59,297 nt of DNA from Salisapilia sapeloensis CBS 127946 (Eukaryota; Protista; Oomycota). Every line of letters starts with the position of its first letter. Positions within the stretch are counted from its first letter, which is position 1. Positions 1-9,348 of the stretch are shown piece by piece. A model generated the notes under the pieces. That model was not told where the DNA came from. It was given only the letters and a program-made list of their open reading frames with translations, and did no database searches. The stretch is from assembly GCA_023334545.1 (NCBI GenBank), contig JAADVB010000102.1, forward strand, positions 1 through 59,297. The letters are read 5' to 3'. A program made the translations under genes and the position numbers.

Positions 1-710
1 ATCATCAGATAAAACATTGGCATACTTTGTTGGTCAATGTACAATTAAACTTAAATAGTGCATTTTGCTTTACATCCTATATGTCTATATGTCTGGGTTG
101 TATCGAATATTCTGACGTCATGATTAGATACAAACTAATTGTGCATTAACAAACATTTTCAAGATATTAGCTGAAACACGCATTATGTCTGTAATTGTGC
201 ACTAATAAATCATATGCGCACAGATAGGTGTACTGGTTGTTACATGATTAAAGACGCTATAATAAACTATATGTGTACTGACAGCTTATTTGGGTTGATA
301 TGGACTCGCTGTTCAGCGAACTAGTTAAAGCGTTATTGCTTAAAATTGTGCTCTGCCCAAGGTATGTAGCACGGGTAAATACAAATATCAGATACAAGTT
401 TCCTGCGCACAAATAACTATTCAGTGTACTAACAAACTGTTATTCGAAATATATCTACTTATATGCCATTCATGCTTATTAATGCGTTGCATACTTGTAA
501 TTGTATTTGGGGTCTAATCCTCGATAGTCCTGGATCCATCTTAGGTCTAGGACTATGTTCTGTCCTGGACAACAGCACCCACCCTTTTAATATTTCGATA
601 TCATATCAATGGCAATTTATGGATAACTAGATTTCATTTTTAGCGAATCAGGGGCGGAATCCAGCGAAATCTAGCACACTTCATCTTATAGTCAAGCCAG
701 CGGACACGTA

Positions 711-719
711 GCTCACTCG
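711..719 (+). promoter_or_regulatory. Possible oomycete-type initiator (INR, YCAYTY) upstream of SERP1
   Basis: GCTCACTCG about 24 nt before the ATG at 735. Motif match only; no TSS data. Confidence 0.3.
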
Positions 720-734
720 CCGACTCTAGTAACC

Positions 735-1053
735 ATGGTACGTTCAGTTCCTCCAATCCTCCATCCATTCTTCCATTCTAATATGACTTGTGTTGCAGCC
801 GACTCCTGCCAAGATGCGCTTGCGAAATGAAAAGCACGAAGCGAATATCACGAAACGTGGCAAAGTCTCGCAGCCCGAGCAGGTAGCACGATCCGCATCG
901 CATGTACACTTTTTACTTACTAATACTCTACATGCTGCACAGATTAAGGAAACTGGTTACTCTGTCGGGCCCATGCTGATGGGATTCTTCCTCTTCATTC
1001 TCGTCGGCTCTTCGCTCGTCCAAATCCTGCGCACTGCCCAGCTCGGCATGTAG
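735..1053 (+). CDS. SERP1: Stress-associated ER protein SERP1/RAMP4 (3 exons: 735-737, 799-882, 943-1053; 65 aa)
   Basis: Spliced product MPTPAKMRLRNEKHEANITKRGKV...YSVGPMLMGFFLFILVGSSLVQILRTAQLGM matches the RAMP4 pattern (basic N-terminus, KRG.V, C-terminal TM). GT-AG introns of 61 and 60 nt. Confidence 0.9.
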
Positions 1054-1216
1054 CCGTCTATCCACTTTCAGAGCTAAGTTGAAATTCTAATACGTTTGCA
1101 TTCGTCTAATACATGTTTTCAATCTAAAGCTTGATTGTATTTGCGTTATGTGGTTGTAAAATTCAAAGCAAAGTAGACTGAGTCCAATCGAAGAATTCAC
1201 AGCTCTCAATTACCAC

Positions 1217-1842
1217 TTACAGCTCCTCATGCAAGTGGGCCGTCTCCTTGATTTTGGCGATAAACTCGTCCTTCTCGACACATCCGACACAGTCGACGCC
1301 TCGGCCCGCCAGAATCTTCCTTAGCTGCTTGACACGTAGTTTCGAGTAGTCCGTGTTCTCATCCGTCTTGACGGCTGTACATGTCGTCAGCTTAGTCCTT
1401 CGTGAATATTTAAATATAGTACGTACGGTAGCGCATGGAGCAAAAGTCCGGGTTCTTCTTCTCCAGGTTCTTGCAGATCTTAAGCGGAGCTTTGCCGTAG
1501 CTCACTTGGCGAGCCACATCCTTTTTCAACGGCTCTAAAAAGTAGCACAGCTTGTTGTCCTTGGAAGACACCTTGGACGAGCAGTGTTTGTTCAGGGCCT
1601 TTTCAGCCAAGTCCTGTTTGTTTCCCTTTTCGGTGGCAGTCAGCTCCTTATACACGCTCGAGACGTCCGACACGACCTTGATGCACACTGTCATCACGTC
1701 ATGTTAATCACTACATCGAAACGTGTTTGCATGTATAGCACCAACCTTCGCATTCGGTCGAGTCCTCTGCAGCCACAGACCAGGTGGACGACAGGAGCAC
1801 CAGGAGCGCCGTGAAGAGCAGCGTGCGTGTAAGCAGGTGCAT
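1217..1842 (-). CDS. MANF: MANF/ARMET/CDNF-family ER protein (3 exons; introns 1688-1745, 1375-1426)
   Basis: Signal peptide MHLLTRTLLFTALLVLLSSTWSVAA. Eight Cys in MANF spacing (CEVC ... C ... LCY ... KIC ... FC ... CVGC). SAP-like SKLRVKQLRKIL. C-terminal ER-retention HEEL. Confidence 0.9.
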
Positions 1843-1977
1843 CGTATCTGCGGATAGATCTGGATTTGGCAAAAGTCGGAGGCATACTCAAGACAAGACA
1901 GTCCAGGAGGTGCCACGCGTCACGAAAGAAAAGAAAATCCTACTACAGTTGTATTTCTTTTGTATATGCTGCCAAGC

Positions 1978-3538
1978 CTACGAGTAGCGCGACTGGAGGT
2001 CCGTGAAGAACCCAGACGTCATTTGCTTGAGCTGTGGCACCCTTGTTAGTACTTTATAAAATACTAGTCACTACAAGTAAACATACCTTGGTCGCTCGGT
2101 CCGACACATTCGTTTTTAACTGCTGAAGCTGGTACGCAGCCTCATCCGCCACTGTTTAAACCCAAAAGTTAACGCCAAATATCACCAGCATACACGCACA
2201 AGATACGCACTCTCATTGGAACTGGATCGAGGTCGGTCATTTCCATAGTACGCGTCAGACGAAATGGACTGGGAGCCCTGGAACTTGTTCATGGCCATGG
2301 GGTCGGCCTGTGCTCCAGCCTCTCCACCAAAGAAATTGTCAGACGAGATAGACTTGGAGTTCTTGTACTTGTCCAGTGTCGTAGATGCCATGTTGGAAGA
2401 CGTATTGTAGGAAGCACTGGCTGCTGTAGTTGCCGGAGCGCTGCTTCGATCACTACAACATCCGACTGTCAGTCTCTACACTACGCTACCAGTGCATATC
2501 AGCATACTTTTCAGCTTCCTGTAGCGCTCGAGCTAGAGCCTCATCCTCGTCAATCTGCTTCGTCGTGTCCTTTGCTGTCTCCACTTTTGGAGCAGGTGGG
2601 TTCTGTATCATAGCCCACAAAGCTCTTTAGTATGCTGCAACAAAAGATAATACAAGCAACCGTACATCAAATCCGAAGTCGTCAAAGTCATCAAAGTCGC
2701 CTCCTCCGCTTTTCAGCTTTGTGGCGCCCAATCGCGTTGCTTTCTTCGCTGTCGACTTCTACTCGACACCAATTCAGCAAACGTACACAGAGCAAACGAC
2801 TCAATAAACATACCTTGGTAGTCGTCTGCGTGCTGGAAGCAGGAGTGCTGTCTCCATTCGACTTGCCTAGCATGACCATCGGTCGATTCACCTGGAGTTT
2901 ACCTGCAGGTGCCGGTGGAGGTGCCATCGGAGTAGCAACTGTAGGCTTCGACCTCTGAAGGTACTCGGAAGTGCTGCTTCCCCCACTGGTCTCTGCGTGT
3001 TTCACTAGCTCCTCCAATCCGTCGGTATCTGCCTCTTTCTTCTCCTCTTTTTCATCCGAAGTCGCTACCATGACCGGAAGCTCCGAGTTCTTTACTTTCT
3101 TCGCCAAAGCGTTCTTGTATAACTGGGCTCCTTTCGAATTATACTTGGCTTCAATCTACATTCTACATCAATACTCGTATCAATTGCCTTCTCGAGAATA
3201 AAAGCGCCTACGCTGGTCATCTCGTGTACACCGTATTCTTTGAAGAACTTTCGAGCCTCGTTGTTCCCACTAAGAGCCATGGCACGCAGCTGATCCTCCG
3301 TCCACTCGTCCATATCGACGGAGCGAACGAATGACAAGTGCACACCTAGGCGACGATGGTAGCCAGAACAGTCGAGGCAGATAAAGACGCCGTACGTGAC
3401 GGTGGCCCACATCGGATTCCGCTTGTTGCAGTCAAAGCAGCCTTTGTTCGCTGCGACTGAACGTAGCTTGTGGAACCACGCATCTCGCACCTGCGCCGGC
3501 ACGTACGTCGCTCTGGTGCCGCTTGTAGCCGTACTCAT
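1978..3538 (-). CDS. ARFGAP2/3: ARF GTPase-activating protein, ArfGAP2/3-Glo3 type (7 exons)
   Basis: [40 protein letters not shown] zinc finger. Tandem Glo3 motifs SISSDNFFG and [10 protein letters not shown]-terminal amphipathic [17 protein letters not shown]. Six GT-AG introns restore the frame. Confidence 0.92.
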
Positions 3539-4041
3539 GATCAGTTTCGGTCTTTTGTCTTCCTGGGCTGTGTACAAGATTTTGATCAGTCGAGGTATCC
3601 TGTCATAGAAAATACAGTATAGTTCAAGGGGTGGTAAATCGACTTTCTCGAGGGCATGTAGTCAACATCAAATGCACATTTCGTGAAGGTCATCTAGCTA
3701 GGAAGCGTCACGCACGTAGGACAAGTCAAATAGGAAGCATCTCTATTGATGCTAAGACATGTACAGGTAGTATAGCTTTCGGAACTGATTTTATGGGCTA
3801 GGCAAACTTCAGGTCAATATTGCAGTAACCTCCTATCGTCAGCATCCCCCAAAAGATCACTTTCCATCGCAATCACTTCCTTCCCTTTGCAACTCTATCA
3901 ATTCCATCTCCAAGGAGAGCTCCTGCTATAAAAGTTCCTTTCCAACAGCCACTTTATCACTCTTCCAGAACTGTCGACAACACTAAACGCCTCTGACAAG
4001 AAGACAAGGAAATAGTCAAAGAGAACGCGTCCTATATTTGC

Positions 4042-4266
4042 TTACTCTTCCGCCTCACGCTTTGCAAGGTAGCCACGGGCGGGACGCATGGACTCTGGGA
4101 TGATCGGACCGTCGTACTGGTCCGTTGGAAGACCCATGGAACGGCGAATGGGCACGACGACGAGAGGCATTGCGAGTGAGACCGCGCCGATGCCTGCGCA
4201 GATCACGACTGTCGGCTCACGGTCCATGTAGTAGCGCATAAACTTGGAAAAGCTGCCGAACGCCAT
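4042..4266 (-). CDS. Small single-TM protein resembling mitochondrial complex I subunit B9/NDUFA3 (NI9M)
   Basis: 74-aa ORF with ATG start: YYMDREP, then a hydrophobic helix, then VVPIRRSMG. This resembles the recalled B9/NI9M pattern (basic-aromatic-xEP-TM-P-I-R-R). Confidence 0.55.
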   Translation of the reverse strand: MAFGSFSKFMRYYMDREPTVVICAGIGAVSLAMPLVVVPIRRSMGLPTDQYDGPIIPESMRPARGYLAKREAEE

Positions 4267-4412
4267 TGCTGTCGGTGTGGTTTGCGGTTTGCGGCTTGGA
4301 GCCCTTGGCTTAATTCGCTCTTTATACGTATATTTTATACTATTTCCTTACGTTTTACCAGGTGACCGTTGGATCTTCAAACGTCGCGTCCACTACTAAC
4401 TGCACCACCGCA

Positions 4413-5810
4413 ATGAACGACGGTATTCTCCATACCCGCAGGTCGGATCGGAAGCGCGCCAATGGACTTCAGGCTATGTTGAATGATCCAAGGATGCGTG
4501 AGATTGCCAAGCAAATGGGCCTCAATGCAAAGGATCTTGGAGCAGACGCACAACAGATGTGGCAGACACTAGATAGTATGGCGACGAATGACCCCGACAG
4601 GTACCAAAGCTTTATCGCGGACCAGCTTTCCACCGGTCCACCAACGATGCAAGGATCTAATGAGCAGCAAGGACCAAAATATATTACTCCGAATGCAGGC
4701 TTTGTCCTTAAATGCCTCATGTACAAGACCATCAAGTGCGAAAGAAGGCAGACCAAGCTCTTTATCAATTGCTGTGGTCACGAGATTGTCGACGCGCCAA
4801 AGAATCCAAACTCCAACAGAGAAGTACCGGAAGACACAAGGGCTGTCCCGAGCACAAACAACCTCCAGATTCCTCTTGTCGTTGGAAAACTTAAATCCAT
4901 CAAGGACGCGAACGGCGCCCCATGCTGCGCAATCGATGTCATCTTTCACCCATGGGTGCTCCGCCGCAGTGAATGGGATGCGACCTTCAAGCAAGAAATA
5001 ATGAAGCTCGCCATTGAATGGGTCCAACGCGATGCTCAAATATCTCTCGTTTCCACTCTAGGTAAGTTTATCAAGAGCAGATACAAGGGTGGTGTTGCTT
5101 TCGCAGGAGATATCATTACGTCCAAGTTCTGTGTTGATCCTGGTCAACACGAAACGAAGACTGCCACCATCAATTCTCCACAAGATGTGCTCCAACAACG
5201 TGTGGCTGAGCAAGAGAGCGGTGACGTAGATGACGAGGAAGTTCTACACACAAACTTCCCAACAAAAGCATCCACTTTTTCTTCTCAAGTCATCATTCCA
5301 GGCATGACGAGTACATCTACCGAGAAGGAAAACGATGAACAGCCTTCAAAGTCAAAGAAAAAGCTGATCGAAGTCATTGGTGAGGAAACGACCAAATTGA
5401 ATGCCAAAGATGCAGACGTAGCAATGAAGACCTCCAAGAGCAAGGCAACTCCAAGTAAAAAGCAGCAAGCAGTGAAGCGAGGGTTTCTCAACAAATCCAC
5501 AAGCAAACTGTATCCGACTGGGTCAAGTGAGGGACACAAAGCTTCTTCCTTCGTCCGATTAATGGACCGAAGCAAAGTCATCGATATGAATGACCCTGCC
5601 ACCAAGTCAAGCAGCGTAAAGTTTCCTGTGCCTGCTAGTAACCATGCGAACAATGACGAAAGAGACGGTGGCGACTTTGAGTTTGATCAACTGTGCTCAT
5701 TAGTCGATCCAGAATACCAGGTTGGAGATAAGAGCACGAGCAACGAGGATCCGATGAAGGAAGTGTTTGGGGACAACTTGGACCAACTCTCTAGCTTTCT
5801 TAAGTTCTAA
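4413..5810 (+). CDS. PIH1-domain protein (PIH1D2-like) with a low-complexity C-terminal half
   Basis: WQTLDSMATNDPDRYQSFI, PNAGFVLK, KLFINCC, IPLVVG and AIDVIFHPWVL follow the PIH1 N-domain pattern. First ATG at 4413; single exon. Confidence 0.75.
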   Translation: MNDGILHTRRSDRKRANGLQAMLNDPRMREIAKQMGLNAKDLGADAQQMWQTLDSMATNDPDRYQSFIADQLSTGPPTMQGSNEQQGPKYITPNAGFVLKCLMYKTIKCERRQTKLFINCCGHEIVDAPKNPNSNREVPEDTRAVPSTNNLQIPLVVGKLKSIKDANGAPCCAIDVIFHPWVLRRSEWDATFKQEIMKLAIEWVQRDAQISLVSTLGKFIKSRYKGGVAFAGDIITSKFCVDPGQHETKTATINSPQDVLQQRVAEQESGDVDDEEVLHTNFPTKASTFSSQVIIPGMTSTSTEKENDEQPSKSKKKLIEVIGEETTKLNAKDADVAMKTSKSKATPSKKQQAVKRGFLNKSTSKLYPTGSSEGHKASSFVRLMDRSKVIDMNDPATKSSSVKFPVPASNHANNDERDGGDFEFDQLCSLVDPEYQVGDKSTSNEDPMKEVFGDNLDQLSSFLKF

Positions 5811-5838
5811 ATGAACATTCTACCCATACAAATCAAAT

Positions 5839-7725
5839 TCACACTTTGCTCTTCTCTTCCTCATTGCTTTCCGACTGGCCTTGCACCAATACCTTCTTTT
5901 CTTCTTCCATCGCATTGCGCACTCTCTGATAGCTGATCTTGGTGAACACATTGAGCAGATTAAGACTAGGCGCAGTTGCTGGATATTCTTCTAGCCTCTT
6001 AAGAAGCTCCACCGTGTTGTACTTGACACTGTTCCAAGGATGAAAGATACCTTGAGCCACAACGTGCAAGCCACCACGAAGCAATGGCAAGTAGCTTAAG
6101 AACTCCTGCAGCTCGTCTTCCGTGTGGAGCAGAGTCACAAAATCAGCATAGACCTGTTCCACGTATTCATTGTCTAAGCGGACATCATCTGCTTGGAGTG
6201 AGCGTATATGCTTCAGCAGGTCCACACCAGTATCCTCTACACATATCAAAATCGGAGTCAACCTTGAATAAGTAGCAAAAAGAGTGCAATAAGACAGAGC
6301 TTACGTATTTGAAAAGCCTTGGAAAAAGGCTTCTGTTGCTCTTGATAGGCCGCGTAGAGCTTGTAGTTTTCCGTTCGTGCCCACTGCGTAATACGAACAT
6401 TGTTCACGGCCATCTTCTCAGCATTCGCTTCCAAAAGCGCAGGGTTTTCGTCGTTCATGGCCAGGTCTGTGACATTCTACCATCAACAACATCGTCAGTG
6501 CCATTGGGCATTCACGCGTAGTGTAAAAAGTCAAAGAGGCACCTCTCGGGTGTACTCTTCAAACATGCATCGAACCCAGTCTTCTGATTGACCGGTCTGC
6601 AAGCCATCCAATACCTAGACGATAAAAACGTAAGCATCGCAAGCCGATGAGAATAACAACGATACCATGTACCTCAAGAATAAACTGACGGTCGCATGAC
6701 TCATACTGCTCTTTGTCTCCTGGAGTCGTCATGATTTCACCTGTCGACAAGTCACACAGAACATCCCACCAGTCGTGCTTGGATGCAAACATCGGATTCG
6801 TCACGCCAGCAATGTACCCTGGCGTCTCCAAGAAGGCAAGATGCGTCAGATTCGCATACGGATACTGACGTCGAATGAGTCCAAACATGGGTGGGCAGAC
6901 GAGATGACTGGTCGCCAGAACGTAGTTGCACAGCTCTCCAGCAGAGCACTCGTGCCCGAGGAAGAGCAGCCTCTGTCCAGTAACAATTGCGTTATAAATG
7001 ACCATCGATTGCTCACCAAAGATTTCGAGGAGATCAGATATTCGAGCATCGTCGTACTGGTCATCCGAGCTGCAGCGATTCAGTACGATCCGAAGATCTT
7101 CGTCTCCCCATTTCAAGCTAGTATGCAAGTACATCGAGTCACGCGTCGCGTCCTGATCTAGAGCCGACAAATTCCCATTGTCCATACAGATTTTACACTT
7201 TGCTAAGCGTCTTTCGGTCTGGGATAGCGCGTCGGCAGCTTGAACGTCGAGTGAATTGACCATGCTATAGAGCTCCGATAGCACACTTGCAGCTTCTTCT
7301 TCCGTCATAGTCGTGGCAATGCGTGTAACTGCATCGTAGAGTACGTTTTTCAAGGCGAGACAGTGCTTGGACGGAGAACAGATCGCAACAGCTCGCACAG
7401 TAGCTCCTCGACGAACGCTCGGGTCGTGGCAAGTAAGTACGACATTCAGGCAGTACATGAACCTTTTGTCACCCTCCGCTATCTTTGAATCACCAGGACT
7501 AGCCGAAAGTAGATTATTAAAAGCCTTATCTCGGTTCAGAAAGAAAATGGTAAAGTCTTGATCTCGATTATGCACTCCCTCCGGAAGCATCGCATCGGCG
7601 AAAAACTCTCTCGAGTAGCTGGACGGTAGATCTGGGTACGATCCCCTCAGCGTACTACCCTTGTCGATATCAAACTCACTGTAGAGCACATACTCGGCCA
7701 CTTTGGTCGGTAGCTCCGATGCCAT
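5839..7725 (-). CDS. Afi1/MesA-like DENN-related protein (Afi1 N-domain + SPA domain; 4 exons)
   Basis: YVLYSEFDIDKGS, AMLPEGVHNRDQDFTIFFLNR, YPYANLT and PGYIAGVTNPMF match the Afi1/SPA pattern. Three introns between about 6270 and 6670 join the ORF pieces in frame. Confidence 0.8.
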
Positions 7726-7911
7726 GCTATCTCCTGTTGCTATGTTTACAGCTACTTGTCCTAAATATATATAATGCCACAAACTTCAACACCAAAGACA
7801 CGAAATGCATGCCAAGCACTCCATTTCGGATTGAATAACGTGTACTGTTCATCCATATCGCTCTCAACTCTTCCTTCTCCAGTCCAGGACGAAGGAATTG
7901 TATGCAACCAT

Positions 7912-9215
7912 CTAACTGGCCTGCTGCACGTACTCCTCAAAGACCGGACGAGCCGACTTGATGTTCAGATGGATCGCCGCTGGTTCTATAGATTGCGTCT
8001 AGTTAATACAGATATCACGACGTATCTTTACAATAAACGTACGGATCTCTTGGTCGGACATGATCACCATGATGTACGTGTTGGTGGTGAAAAAGTCGAT
8101 AAAGGCAGTAAAGTTCGAGTTCCGGACCTCCATGCCTTGGAACTGCGCCTGCGTCTTGCTGCAGCTGAGCTTGAACTGCTTGATGATGTTACTGATCTTT
8201 TCAAAGCGATGCATGTCTCGGTGCTCGGCGTGTGTCGCGTGGGCGATCACGAGGAACGTCGCGCGTTCGAACAGGACCACTTCATCGGCATTGCAAATGG
8301 AGCAAAAGCCGTTCAGGTGCTTCTCCAGGTCCTGCATGTTCGGAATGAGCGAGTACACGATGGACGACCATGCTCGGTACAGCGTTTCGTCCCAAATGGA
8401 TGTGGCAAAGCACACGGTCGGCAAAGACCCTGTGCGTGCCTCAATCATTTCCTTGCGCTGGTTGAACACCTGCATTCGAAACATTTAGCAATCCTGCGTC
8501 TATCTACTTTGTAGCTAGATACGACGTACGCGATCACGCTGGTCTTCTGGGACGAGATCCATCTTGTGGATGAGGACAAAGACCTTGGCGTTGGATGAGT
8601 TCTGGTCGATGGCTTCGAGGCATCCGTCAAAGTGAGCAAAGTCTTTCTACAATTGTCATTTAGAGGTTAGAGGTTAGTACATCTTTATAGTGATGGGAAA
8701 AGTAGAGCGTACGTCCAGCTCTCGACTTTCAATATCAAAGACGTAGATCAGGAGCTCGACGCTTCGGAAGATATGGTCCCGCTGGCTTTCAAAGTAGTTC
8801 TCATAAAACGCATCTTGTCTATTGTATGAGCATATATCAATAATAGGCACGGGTATATCCTACGGAAGAGACGTACCCGCCGCAATCCCACAAGTTCAAG
8901 ACCAAATTGCCCAGGAATCGGACATGCGAGTGCTCCACGTCCACTACTAGCTATTAATCTCTACTCCCCACATTAAGAACCACCTATAGACATACATGTA
9001 GGTCCAAGACGCATCGTATCACGAGCTACAAAGTCATTAGTCAAATTCGCCGTTCAAAAGATAGGCCATGCACTCCGCACCGAGGTAGTTGGCAAAGATG
9101 ATGGACCGCATCGAGGTCTTGCCGGACCCCGATTTGCCCATGAGTAGCACCTATCTCCCTCCATCAGTACAAAAGTCCATGTACGACGGTAAAAAAAGAA
9201 TACCTTCTTCTTCAT
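7912..9215 (-). CDS. RRAGA: Ras-related GTP-binding protein RagA/Gtr1 (8 exons)
   Basis: [52 protein letters not shown] and [16 protein letters not shown]. Seven GT-AG introns. Confidence 0.97.
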
Positions 9216-9348
9216 CTCGTGTCTTTATCTTGTTGGAAAAACCGATCGGAGTATAGTCGGCGCAAGTGAAAAATTAAAAACCAAACAAATCGCCGCCAAC
9301 GCACACACCAAGCACGCACCAGCGCAAGTACGAAGGATCTCGAGCAGC

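Noticed and set aside
883-942. Stop-free 3n introns (SERP1 883-942; also LENG8 23292-23354, DEK-C gene 31370-31429, taxilin, ATG17) as regulated intron retention
   Set aside because: With over 100 introns of about 60 nt, roughly a tenth are expected to be both 3n and stop-free by chance, so there is no evident enrichment.
7774-8514. 246-aa plus-strand ORF antisense to RagA
   Set aside because: Composition is typical of an antisense shadow of codon-biased exons ([17 protein letters not shown]), with no recognisable domain. RagA fully explains the region.
8659-8677. TTAGAGG repeats as interstitial telomere sequence
   Set aside because: Only about 2.5 units, it differs from the oomycete TTTAGGG repeat, and it is better explained as a duplicated branch-point unit.
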